Shown here: piece after piece, positions 11,977 through 25,400 of the stretch
Layout: every line of letters starts with the position of its first letter
Position numbering within the stretch: position 1 is the stretch's first letter
Assembly (NCBI RefSeq): GCF_006345805.1
Contig: NC_042997.1
Span: 149,978,001 to 150,042,000 of the forward strand
Origin: Octopus sinensis
Taxonomy: Eukaryota
DNA length: 64,000 nucleotides
Direction: 5' to 3'
The notes under the pieces: generated by a model
Told to the model about the DNA's origin: nothing
The model's database searches: none
What the model saw: the letters and a program-made list of their open reading frames with translations, nothing else
Position numbers and translations under genes: made by a program

Positions 11977-14025
11977 CGTATATGGATGTGATCTTTCATT
12001 GTTTTTCCCTTATACCTATGTGAGTTATTTTCTGAGTATGCATTGTCTGGAGACTTTTATTTGCAGTTGAAGAAATAGCCAAATTTTTGGCTGCTATTTC
12101 TGAAAAGTTCGGTGTGTGGTAAAGTGAATTTTTTTACTTTACCATATTTTTATAAATTATATATATATATATATATATATACCCACTAAGTACACGTGCA
12201 CTCCCCAGCAGATTACTTTTCACATACTGGCTAAGTACAACTGCTATAAACAAAAGTTATTTTTGTCTTTTTTTTATTGACAGCATCTAAAATGAGACAT
12301 TATATGACACACCTTTACTGGTCATAAGACTAAAACTACTGAACCATATGAAGGTGAGGATAATAAGACAAAGAGCCGCCCAGTGTCGTTGAATTAGCTG
12401 TCAAACCTTTAGAAAGCACTCTCTTATCTGTTTGTTCTTTTTTTCTTTTTTTTTTTTCTAAAATAGAAATAGAAAGATATAATTTTTCTATAACGCTAAG
12501 TTTATTGTGTCTGAAAAACAAAAATCGGGATTGCCACGACTTATTTTTATAAACAAAATAGTAATAAAAATATATGTTATCCCCTGTTTAAGTGTACATA
12601 AGAGTAGATGTCGTGGATGTCATTATGTGTTTTCTACGTATTTTTGTGTATATACGTGTTTGTATTTTACTTTACGTACATTGATATGGTTGGTTTTTCA
12701 CATCGCAGGCCACATATCAATGTTTTGTAGGCGTGTTCTCTATAACAAACTGCCAATGTTGCAAGTTTCTCAATAACAGTAGCACAATAATAGAGCTGTA
12801 AGAATAGAAACCACCACCCAAAAACAGAATTATAGAAAACTACAAATAAAAGGAAGACCAGGGAATGATAATTGATAGTTACTAGCTGATGGATCACTCG
12901 GTGTGGCAGAGTTGTTATGACACGTTTCCCAAAGATGCCTTCCCGATCTGTGCAGCTGCCAATATGTTAAACATGTGCGTAATTGTGCGCGTCTGTATGT
13001 GACGTCTGTGTACTGTGTAATGGTCTTTCTTCCTTGTTTCTCTCTCTCTCTCATACTCTTTCTCACTTTCTCTCTCCCGATATATATATATATACATATA
13101 TGTACAGTCCACAGATGAGATCCGGAATTTCTCTGTATAAAAGATACTTAGTAGTGCTCAAAAGATTCAAACTTAAACTCCAATGTCGTTACAGGGCGTC
13201 GATTCCGCAAGGTAAACAATGGTTGTAAGAAGGATCAAATTGAGCGGATAATTGTTTATATAAACTCTGTGTGTGCGTGCGCGTGTGTGTATGTATGTAC
13301 GTATACAGGGCTACAGAAGCTGTATTGACATATAATACTTACAACAATTCAATGTGGGAGGGCTTCGACCCGTTGAGCAAGACTGCTAGAAATGTCACCC
13401 AATACCATTTCAGAGCTCAACCATACCACCTTGGAATATGAACGATATAACTAAATGATGCCTGAAATAAATTACATACAATATACATGTATGTGTTTGT
13501 GTTTCAGTGTGCGCTTTCGTGTGTCTGTATACGCGCGCGCAAAATGGTTCTCCTCATAGCTCTATACGACCGGAGTTGAACTATGATCAGGTCACGTCAA
13601 GCATGGGTGCATGTGCGTTTGAATTGGATCGCTGCACCAACTATTTGTCGCTAATTGCTCGGATCGTCCTGAGCAACCCACCGAACACTATAACAGTCAG
13701 TCTCCACCCCGTCTCCATAAGATACTCCCTTGTCCAACACGAGCTTTCACCCAAGCCGAATCCTCAGAGAAGAAAGCACGACACGTAGTGTCCAACTAGG
13801 AATATTGATCAATAGAATCAAAGAGTCACAGCTCACGCTCCTGAATCATACATGTAACAGGAGTATAGTATTTGGTTCAATACAAAATCTGACCAATGGT
13901 AACCTATAATCGTGTAAAGCGTCAGGGTTCCAACGGAGTTTAGGCGGTACCATATGTATAGCTTCTACCGGCTTTCATTCACACGTATTAGTCAACTCGC
14001 GTATGGTGCGATTTAAGTAATATAT

Positions 14026-14067
<42 letters not shown>

Positions 14068-14262
14068 CACACACACGCATATAAGGCTAGTAGAGCTAGC
14101 GGTTAGAATAACCGTCTAAGGGATAAGAATATCCGTTTTACTACCAGTGTAAATCGCCTATGTTAACCCTGGGCATACGTATGCAAGCATATTATGCTCA
14201 TACGATACAGCCAATAACAAAGATAAACAAGAGTTTAGCAGGAATCAAATTTAAATTAAGCT

Positions 14263-14437
14263 GAAAATGGAGAAATCTTGATCAACAATTGACTATCATC
14301 AATTATTATTTTTTAATACAATATACAATATACAATATACATTTTATTACATACAATATACATATATATGTATATTGTATTAAAAAAATTATAATCGATG
14401 GTAGTCACTTGTTGTTGATCAATATTTCTCCATTTTC
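14263..14437. repeat. ~65-bp imperfect inverted repeat (fold-back)
   Basis: gaaaatggagaaatcttgatcaacaa...taatacaatatac is mirrored by gtatattgtatta...ttgttgatcaatatttctccattttc. Confidence 0.9.
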
Positions 14438-14486
14438 TCCTTAATTAGAATATATATACACACACACACACACACATATATATATA

Positions 14487-14538
<52 letters not shown>

Positions 14539-15436
14539 TATATGCATAGATTTGTATGTAAAGCAAGATCTGTGCAGAGTTTCATACACACATGTTAATA
14601 CACTCATGTATACACATAAGTAAAAAATATATATATACTGTTGAAACACTCCTGTCACAACCTGGGACCTTGAAGACTGCTTTAATGCAAGAAAGTATAC
14701 TAGTCCTTAATATTTGATATTCAATATTTCATCTATCCAATAAGACAATCAATACTTCATTTCATTTTACTATATATACTATTTATACTATATATTCTAT
14801 ATTCTACTTTAATACTATAAAGAATATAAATAAAACATATAAAACAGACAGTTGGAATTCCTTTGAATATATATATTCACCAAAACAGAAAGAACAGAAC
14901 AGAGAGAACAAAGGTCGATGAATATAGTGTAAGTTCAACATTTTAGATATGCTTGATTATCGCAACGTTTTGCACAATCGGCTTTCTTCAGACAGAAAAA
15001 GTGAAGCAATAGTTCTTGGTGGAAGAAAATTAACAATTTTAGAAATTATAAAATTATATAGATTGATAAATCATAATTAGAATATCAATTAGTGGAATTG
15101 GATCATTAATCTTTCAATGATATGTAACGATGAACGAACTACACATCAACGAGAAAAGTTCTCGGCGATCGAAATTAGTACACCGAATTCTAAACAAGCC
15201 TTATCATTTTCATTGTCAGGAATGTTGTAAAGAAATTTTAGCCAGTTGGAAATTTGTCACAAAATAAGCTATTGTTTAGTTGTATCCTGGGAGGGTCATT
15301 ATACCAACGAACAACTAAGATTAAGCAAATTCTGTTTCAACAAATAAATTCACATGAAGTATGTTACAAACTGAATAGGAAAAAAAAATCGAAATAAACT
15401 ATTATTCACCAGTAGCTTTTTAAAATGCTTTCAGAA

Positions 15437-15498
<62 letters not shown>

Positions 15499-15760
15499 TA
15501 ATAATAAATCACCTATATTGTTGCTAACACTACATAATTCTCGCTTGTTACTGTTAAACAAATACGCAAAATATTTCTAAAACTGTGTATTTGTTTTCCT
15601 AATATGATGTAGGTTTAAAAGATTCGAGAAACAAGAAATCACCGCATTCGTTTCACGCCATGTGGCTTGTGGTTACTTTAATTAGTCGTATTGTTATTTG
15701 TGTACCATTCAGTATAGTTGATAATGAATAAAATATTATACATATGCATGCATACATACA

Positions 15761-15862
<102 letters not shown>

Positions 15863-16579
15863 TATATACATATATATACATATATATATATATGCATACT
15901 TATACAAATACACGCACACCTATATGTATATATTCATATGTACATACGTACATATATATGTACTTCTATATACATACATACATACATACACACGCCTACA
16001 CACACGTACACACACACACATATATATTAATATTTATTTTTATGTCTAGTTCTAATAAAAATAATGTAACATTTAACTGGAGAATTACTCAATACTGTTA
16101 ATGCTTTTTGATACAGAATATCAGAATATGATTATTAAACTTTTACAAGAGGATCAACAATGATTTCGAAGCTTCGATCTTATATATATATGTGTGTGTG
16201 TGTGTGTGTTTTGCGTGTGTGTATGCGTGTTTGTGTGCTTGCGCGTGTGTTTGTGTGTGTGTGTTGTTTCGATCTCTTATGTCGAACCGCAAAATTACTG
16301 AGACGTTCACACAATAACTCCGGTTTTGAAGCAGTGGGGGTGGATTGCAAACATCAACACAAAGCGATGAACACGTAGATATATACATACGTATATACGG
16401 AGTGCTTCTTTCAGATGAACAAGTAGAAGGGTTTCTGTCTTACTCAGAACTGGCTGGTAACTTCATCTAAAACCAAATGCTGAAGTTGAAACTATTACAT
16501 CGTGGAAGACTATATTTAAAGTTACATACAAACTTCTGCAGTTCTTTGTCGTCTTTTACATAAATAATAGTAACGACTA

Positions 16580-17185
16580 ACTATGAAGTGTCGAAATGTA
16601 ATTTGTCGAAATGTGACTGCTAATAATTGACACAAACCCACCGCATTATTTTGTTGCTTTCTAAGGCGGCGAGCTGGCAGAAATGTTAGCACGCCAGGCG
16701 AAATGCTTAGTAGTATTTCGTCTGTCTTTACGTTCTGAGTTCAAATTCCGCCGAGGTCGACTTTGCTTTCCATTCATTCGGGATCGATAAATTAATTACC
16801 AATTGTGTACTGAGGTCGATCTAATCGACTGCCCCTCCCCCCTAAAAAAAATTCGGGCTGTGTGCCTAGAGTAGAAAAGAATATTAAACACTGATTATGG
16901 AAGTGTCGAAATGTAATTTTGAACTTGTGACACCTAATAATAAACACAAACCAACCGCATTACTTTATTGTTTTCTAAGGCAGCGAGCTGGCAGAAACGT
17001 TAGCACGCCGTGTAAAATGATTTGCGTTATTTCGTCTGTCTTTACGTTCTGAGTTCAAATTCCGCCTAGGTCGACTCGCCTTTCATCTTTTCTGGGTAGA
17101 TTCCAGTTACGTACTGGGGGCGATCTACTCGACTGGTTCCCTCCCCCAAAATTTCGGGCCTTGTGCCTAGAGTAGAAAATATTAT
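16580..17185 (+). mobile_element. Two SINE family B copies (16664-16882, 16978-17182) in a tandem duplication
   Basis: Both carry ggc(g/a)gcgagctggcagaaa...gagttcaaattcc...tgtgcctagagtagaaaa, and both are preceded by the same flank (gaagtgtcgaaatgtaattt...cacaaacc..ccgcatta). Confidence 0.9.
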
Positions 17186-17564
17186 TTGTTTTCTATCATT
17201 GTACTAAGGTTAGAATCAAAATCTTGATTTCTTCAGTTCGCTGAAAGTCACATATACACTTGAGTATGGATGGATTGCACAATCGCTGGATGATAAAAAA
17301 AATGCTCTTTGGTATTTAGTGATGAGCTGACTACCAACGACAAGATTAGCTTTTCTCTTACTTAGTCATAAGTCAAAAGGTATTGGGATGGGATTTGCCT
17401 TATCTATCGAGTATTGGTCTTGCCCTGGCAGTAAGATCTATGGAATGTTTTTTTTCTGGCTCTCTCCAACCAAGGAGATTGACGTGATCAAGTAATCTTG
17501 ATTTAAGTGATTTCAAATTCCGCCGTACGTAATTCTTTGCACATATTTTATTCTTTTATTCTAT

Positions 17565-17803
17565 TTTCTTTTACTAGTTTCACCCATTTGACTGCGGCCA
17601 TGATGCATCACCGCCTTTAGTCGAACAAACAGACCCCAGGAGTTGTTCTTTATAAGCCTAGTACTTATGCTATCGGGTTCTTATACCTAACTGCTAAGTT
17701 ACGGGGACATAAACACGCCAACATTTGGTTGTCAAACGATGGTAGGAGTGCAAACATAGACATACAAACACACACACACATACTCACACACTCATATATG
17801 TGT

Positions 17804-17857
<54 letters not shown>

Positions 17858-18015
17858 ATACGATGGACTTCTTTCAGTTTCCGTCTACCAAATCCACTCA
17901 CAAGGATTTGGTCGGCCCGAGTTTATAGCAGAAGACACTTGTTTAATGTGGCATGCAGTGAGACTGAACCCAGAACCATGTGGTTGGTAAGCAAACTACT
18001 TACCACATAGCCATT
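17565..18015 (-). mobile_element. SINE family A, near full length, internal (TG)n
   Basis: Reverse complement of head, CORE-like block, microsatellite and tail. Confidence 0.9.
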
Positions 18016-18339
18016 GCAGTAATAAACACTATTATTTCGTACGACTTTGCCTTTCATCCTTTCGAGGTCGATAAAATAAATACCATTGAAGAACTAGGTT
18101 CAATCTAATTAATTTATCCTGTACTCTGATAGTGCTGGTATTGTGCAAACATTTAAAACCTTGGGCAGTATTATTGCATGAATTTCTTTTAGCCATTTCA
18201 ATTTGATGTCGTCTCTTCCACATATACGTTTCGTATACACAATAAAAATAGTTGATGCAGCTGCTTATGCTTGGGTTTCTAACAGTTCAGCATACTTCGC
18301 TTTTATCAATCAGGAAAATTTCGGTATTGGGCCTCATAA

Positions 18340-18705
18340 TATTCTTTTCTACTCTAGGCACAAGGTCCGAAATTTTTGGGCAAAGGGCCAGTCAGTTAGA
18401 TTAACCTCAGTACGCAACTAGTTCCGAATTTATCGACCGCGAAATGATGAAAGGCAAAGTCGACTCCTGGCGCAATTTGAACTCCGAACGTAAAGACAAA
18501 CGAAATACCTATTTCTTTACTGACCACAAGGCGCTAAACACAGAGGGGACAAACAAGGACAGACAAGGATTACATCAACCGCAGTGCGTAACTAGTACTT
18601 AATTTATCGACCCCGAAAGGATGAAAGGCAAAGTCGACCTCGGCAGACGAAATACCGCTAAGCATTTCAACTGGCATGCTAACGTTTCTGCCATCTCGCC
18701 GCCTC
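18340..18705 (-). mobile_element. SINE family B, dimeric form
   Basis: Two Meta-like blocks (atcgacc..gaaa.gatgaaaggcaaagtcgac) joined by the alternative tail at cgaaatacc/tatttctttact. Confidence 0.85.
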
Positions 18706-18769
18706 ATAATATTGTCGGTGAGAACAGGCGGTTTTTATTGGATGCATGATTAATAACATTGCTTTGTGA

Positions 18770-18972
18770 GTAAAATCAACAGAAAATTGGATCTCATCCA
18801 TTCAAGAATTCCGGATGAATCTACATCGCGCAAGTAATGCAGAATAGGCCTGCAGCATCAAACTTCCTCAATCACCAAATATCACATATTAGACGAGGTT
18901 TCAAGTACTGAAACCTAACGGTGGTGCACAGGCGTGACCACAGCTCTCGAGCTGAAACTAGTAAAGAAAATG
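18770..18972 (+). mobile_element. 5'-truncated 3' end of a CR1/L2-group LINE related to the 57761-62944 element
   Basis: aaaattggatctc..ccggatgaatctac..gcagcatcaaact..caccaaat..ccacagctctcgagctgaaactag parallels 62735-62929. Confidence 0.75.
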
Positions 18973-19329
18973 AAAACGTCTGTTCAGAATAAGCGTTGGG
19001 CAAGACAGCTTGATCCAGCTCTATGCTTCTGGTTTCAAATTCCATGTTTTTTGACAGGAAGCACACTTCAAAAATCAGCTTATGGCTGTAAGCTTTTAAT
19101 ATCAAACGAAACGTTGTTCGTTTGCAGAAACAACTGGTGCGTTATCACATGCACCAATGCAAATAATTGAATCTGTACTACAAGCGAATCAAGATTTAAG
19201 ACAGAAACATATTCACATGTATATACCTTGGGCTATTTTTTATTTATTTATTTTTTGTACATATAACTGAGAATGCGTTTGCCGAGAACGTATTAATGTA
19301 TACGTATATACATACAAACAATTGCTTCG

Positions 19330-19541
19330 AAACCTCCAGCTTCTATACCAAGATTATAAATTCACCTTATAAACCAGTAATAATTGGAGCACTTGGATTT
19401 TTGTGTGAATGTCAAAGTGACAATCTGAATAAGCTACAGATTTCAGAAAAAGAAATCAACCAACTAACTCCCGCAATACGGATGCAATCTGTAAGTGGAA
19501 AAGTAAGTATATGCAAGACTTTTATGAAATTTGAAATGTAA
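19330..19541 (+). mobile_element. C-terminal remnant of an RLE-type non-LTR retrotransposon
   Basis: Translation PVIIGALG...MQSVSGKVSICKTFMK matches the C-terminal pattern of restriction-like endonuclease elements. Confidence 0.55.
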
Positions 19542-19840
19542 CATTGATTTTGTTACCTACATTCAGAAGATTGAGCTTTGTATCTTTGCTAGAAACCAGC
19601 TTCTTCAGAGAGAGAATTTGAATAATTGAAAACAGAAGATATACAAACATATACACATGTGTGTATGTGTGTGCTTTCTGGCCCACATAAGAACAAACAA
19701 AATATATACATACATGCACACACACAGATACACACGGACACACACACACACATACATATATATGCATATATATACGCATATCCATACACAAAAGACAGTC
19801 ATTGGGAAAGATATGTGGTTTCCGGCACAAATACAAGCAA

Positions 19841-19886
<46 letters not shown>

Positions 19887-20237
19887 ATATGACGTCAATT
19901 TCTATTACTGCAAGCAATCGTATATCATCTTTCCATTTGGCTCCACTATGTTTATGTTTAAATGATTTCATATTTTCATTTACTTCCATACTTGTGTGTG
20001 TATATATATATGTATTCCATAAAACTACATATGAGTGTGTGTGTCCGCATTAGTGCATTTATCTATGTGCATGTATATATTGTAAGTGTGTATTTAAGTA
20101 CGTACAGAAAGGGACTGAATGAGAGATATGTGTATATGTGCTTGTTTGTGTATGTGTAAATTATGCGAGTGTGTGTCTGTTCGTGTTTGTGCGTGTGAGT
20201 GTATACGAGTGTGTGTGTGTGTGAGAGAGAGAGAGAA

Positions 20238-20288
<51 letters not shown>

Positions 20289-20367
20289 ATGGAACAGAGA
20301 GGATTGCGCTAGTCATCTTTTGTGTATGAAAGTATTGAACAAAATGTACATAGATCATTGTTTCAGA

Positions 20368-20432
<65 letters not shown>

Positions 20433-21383
20433 CAAATATCTTCAAGCAAGTTTTTTTTGTAAATTTACAAACACTTCGCATCACATGAACTTTTCACGCA
20501 TAAACCAACAGCCAATCTTATAGAGATTTAAATAGAGGGCAGAGTTTGCAGTAAAATCAATAGGCGGTCAAAACTTACATACTCTTATCACGCCAAGAAC
20601 ATCTTATTTAATTAACACTTTACCAACGAATCGCAGTAGCAGAAAGATCGAGGTGCTATTTGCTATCATAATCCAAGGGTTGTATGTTAGCTCTTCCGCA
20701 CACTTGCTCTTACAAGATTTTCTTTCGATTTTATATGTGTTTTTAATCATACACATTCGTTGGAATAGTCACACACTTACACAATATTTATACCTACTAA
20801 GTCACACGCACGCGTAAATATACACTCACACATATATGATTGTGTTTACATATATCTATATACGTATGTATGTGTGTGTATTAATATATATATATATAGG
20901 TGACTCAGGTGACTCGTGTGACTAGAGTTTCGCTCATTGCTGATATTATATAATTTTACTGCGGAATGATATAAATGTATATACTCTGAAATATTGTGTG
21001 CTATTTTCCGTTTGTTCACGAAATCCTATACATAGTGTCGTGGAGAGGTTAAACAGTTCTCATGGTAATAGTGAGATCCCAGATTGGATTTCACTGCATG
21101 ACAACTTGGTAGATATGGTCTACTACATTCCCGAGCTAGCTTAAGCCTTATTAATTAAACTGCAGACGTGAAATATCTGAGAGGGCATTGAATGAACTGT
21201 AGCTATCATACAAGTGGCAGACCTTGTTATACACCCTTCTTACTGACAGTGACACTTGATTACATTACGTTTGCAAGTGACAATGGAATGCCGAGTGAAT
21301 CATAGCATAACTAAAAAGATAGCTCATCCAGTTGGTAGAAAACCTAGAATACTAAGCTCTGAAACATATTAAGGCCGAATTTC

Positions 21384-21493
21384 TCTTACTCCATTCCGTA
21401 ACTCTTGTACGTACGTATGTATGTATGTATGTATGTATGTATGTATGTATGTATGTATGTATGTATGTATGTATGTTTGTATGTATGTATATA

Positions 21494-21528
<35 letters not shown>

Positions 21529-21555
21529 GTGGGTGTGTGTATATATATATATTAT

Positions 21556-21602
<47 letters not shown>

Positions 21603-22610
21603 TATATATACATACATACGTACAAGAGTTACGGAATGGAGTAAGAAATATATATGTAGGATCTGTTCAGTTTGGCGCACAGATTTTTTTATTAATTTTT
21701 TTAAACTAAACAGCTTGAAACTTGGTGTACTGGTGGAATTTCTCACACAGAACTCGTTTTACTTTGAACATTTTCATAAAATTTCGTACTTTAGAAGTTA
21801 TTTCGTGTTAAAGTTGTCGTATTTAGGTAATTTTAGCATATCATCGGCGTGTATTCAGTTGAAGACAACTACTGCTGTTTGTGATAGTAATCGAAGAGGA
21901 GCAACTTCCGGGTCATCTCTAGTAAATGTCACCACTCTGTTCTATTGGTATGTCGAGCGAAGACGATGCCACCATTATCCTTTCTTCCTTTCTCGTCAGC
22001 ACCCTGCATTCCTTACTCTTTCCCTCCCTACTGGCAGGCAATCACTGGCAAACAGAGAGTGAACTTGTTACTGCCACTACACTTACCGTATTTTCCGGTG
22101 AATAAGCCGCTATTTTTTATCAGGAAAATTTAGAGTGTAGCTTACGGCTACAGTATATTTGGTGCCTGGAAGAAAACGAAGCATATTTGTTTTGTTTTAA
22201 CTTCATGTTTTGATAATGTGATTTTGAATCTAATAAAGACTTTTACATCGACGAAATGTGTTTGCTGTTGATTATAGAAAGATAAATTCATGACAATAAC
22301 AATACATTTCTTAGTCGTAAAATAAGGCGTTGTGAAACTACATACACGTCAACAGCAAAAAAATCTAGCTATGGACCCGTAGCTCTATATGTTTACTGGT
22401 TACTCTCACGCGAGAAGCAAAAAAGAAAAAAAGGTGTGTAATATGCAAAACAAGCAGTTGAAAAATAAAATAGAACAGAGTAGTTACATTTAGTGGAGAT
22501 GACCCGGAAGTTGCTTCTCTTCGGTTACTATCGCAAAGAACAGTAGCTTTTTTCAACTGAACACAGGTCGATTGGCTAAAATTATCCAAATATGACAACT
22601 TTAACACGAG
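21384..22610. repeat. Two sets of inverted repeats, probably MITE/fold-back fragments
   Basis: Perfect ~30-bp IR 21384-21413 / 21618-21647 around a microsatellite; diverged ~145-bp IR 21802-21947 / 22468-22610. Confidence 0.8.
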
Positions 22611-22856
22611 GGTGATCTGGATTAGGCATAGGATGTATACATCAACTAAGTCGGAGACCTGTGCAGTGTCAGAAGATTTCATCGCCATATCAAAGGCGCC
22701 GGTTGTATCAGCTCTGCACCCGAGTCTACCATTAAAATCTATCAATGTACCCCTAGCCACAAGGATTATATCAATCTCACTACCTGGATCTTACCATGAA
22801 ATAAGGTTTCGATACTGCGTTTAACATTTATTTTCTTAACCTTAATTTGTAACCTC

Positions 22857-22904
<48 letters not shown>

Positions 22905-23539
22905 ATGTATGTATGTATGTATGTATGTATGTATGTATGTATGTATGTATGTATGTGCATATGATACATACATATAAGGTTTACGGCAGCTATTTGGGAA
23001 TTAAACTTTCAAGAAGTATAAGTGGCTCACACTTTAACTAGATATCCTCTCGTTTTTGCCACCCCCAATATAGAAGCCTCTAATCTAATACAGACAATGA
23101 AAAAGCATGCCCTTCTCGTCGGTTAACCCCCCACCACGCTGATTCAGAGATTGCGACTTGGTAGATAAATTGTCGTTCGAATAATCTGTTAGAAAATTCA
23201 GAATTTCTTATTCTGAAGAGAACATGGTACAATTCAACATGAAGTAGTTTATCATTTAATGTGCAGAATGTCACTCGCGATATATTTACTTGCAATTAAA
23301 TCGACTTCAATATATCTGCGAATGGTTCATAATGTGTATTCAGGTCAATATGGTCAAACATCTCATTTCTCTCAAACCGTTCAACCAAGCACACATACTC
23401 ATGCTCGAACGCAAACACATACATAAACAAATTCACACAAATATATAAGGAAAACAGCGTACAAACCTCTGCGTGTTCAATCAACCAACTAGAAATAGCA
23501 GTTCAATCGTACACATTGGATAATGATTTTCTGTATATA

Positions 23540-25400
23540 CCTGCTCTCACTGAACGACTTGAAGGCTGCAGACTAATAACAACAAATGCGTGGAGAAGAA
23601 CTAATGGTGCTGCAGCAGGAGGGGTAGGATTAATAATTAACGAGTTGGTAGAGAATGCGTTGGCCGAAGTAATACCAGTAAATGACAGAATAATCACAGC
23701 CATGTTCAATAGTAACCCATCTACCACAGTAGTTATTAACTGTGTACCCACAGTAGGAAGCATAGATGCAAAGGAGCACTACGAATAAACTGACATATGT
23801 CATCAATGAAATACCAAAACACCATGTTACCATAGAATACGGTTATTTTAATGCTCGTTTGGGTGAAGATGTAGTCCGCTACACATTCCATAGGGAGACC
23901 AACAAGAATGGCCAGCTTCTCCTGAATCATGCGGCGGAATATAATCTTCGCATCACTTGCACTCTGTTCAAGAAAAAGAAAGGAAAACAATGGACATTTA
24001 TCTCCGACATGAATAGTAGCAAGTCCCAAATTGATTACATAGTGATTAATAAGAAATGGAAGAATTCTGTACACAATGTAGAAGCATATAACAGATTTAG
24101 TAACTTAGTGGATGACCATCGCTTAGTAATTTAGTGATAGCCAGACTACGTCTTAGTCTACATGCAAGCAAAACTCCTGCAAGAAAATATCCTACTATTG
24201 GTCTACATAGCGAAATACAGAACTTCAACAGCTTTATATGGTTACAGTGCTTAACAGATTAGCTGAACTATCCAACAACAGGGATACTGTTACAGAGCAA
24301 TATGGCAAGCTTGTGCAATCAAATGAAGAAGCGGCAGCAAAACTGATATCGATAAAGAAGAGAATGAAACGGAGAAAGTTATCTGATGAAGCATGCAGTG
24401 TGGTACATGAGGGATTCAGCAAATATAAAAAAGAAACTGCCAACAACGGTACTTAACAAACTTTACAAAGAAATAAATAGGGTCTAAAGCAGGTGCACCA
24501 AGAGATCCAAGAAGAGGAACTGGATGAAATGATCTCCCAGGTCAAAAATGCAGACGCAAAATAGTAAGCACGGAGAAAGCTGAAAGCTGATTAACTCCAT
24601 CGCTGGTCGTAAAGCTGCAAAGCTAGGATGAGAGAATCAAGAAGTGGTACACTCATTTCTACAGCTTAGTTGGGATGTTGACAGTGAAACAGAAAATGAA
24701 GAATTTGCAAAGATACTGGACGGTTTGCAAATCGAAGATGGAGACTTCACAAAACAAGAAATAGAAAGAGCTATAAGTAACATGAAAGGAGGAAAGAAAA
24801 CTGGCCCTCACAACATCCTACCAGAAGTACTAAAAAGATGGGATTTGGATATCATCCTTGAATTTGAAAACAAACTACTAAATGACAATGTGAAGCCAGA
24901 ACAATGGTCTGAGATAGACTTGCAACCTTGCTCAAAACTGGAGACCTATGTGATACTAGGAATTACCGAGGGATCTGTCTGTCAATCATTGTTGCAAATA
25001 TGGTGAAGAAAATGATACTTAACCAAATATAGCCTAAGATAGACAAACAATTGCGACCAAATCAGAATGGATTCAGATCCGGACGGTCAACAATATCTCA
25101 CATTGTAGCACTTAGAAGACTGATAGAGGGAGTTCAGAGACATAAATTGATAAAGGTATGGAGTTCAAAGTTAGCAAGGAAATTGAAAGTGAGGTTGTTT
25201 CTGGCAACAGTGGAGTCTGTTCTATACGGGGCTGAAGCATGGACTAAAGCATTTGGACGGTTGTTATTTGAGGATGCTCGGAATGGCGCTTAATGTTTCC
25301 TGGAAAAATCATACAACAAATGTCGATTTATATCAGGGACTACCAAACGTAACATTGAAGATACAACATAGAAGTATGAGGCTAGCTGGACACTGCATCA
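23540..25400 (+). mobile_element. Decayed RTE-clade LINE (AP endonuclease + partial RT)
   Basis: GGVGLII, DRII, GYFNARLG, QIDYIV, DHRLV (APE); KKTGPHNILPE, RPNQNGFRSGRST (RT); LATVESVLYGAEAW, RLAGHC (RTE C-terminus). Many stops and frameshifts; RT core absent. Confidence 0.9.

Noticed and set aside
13735-13775. Minus-strand CTGAGGA...GAAAGCTC hammerhead-like core
   Set aside because: No closing stem I and a weak stem II.
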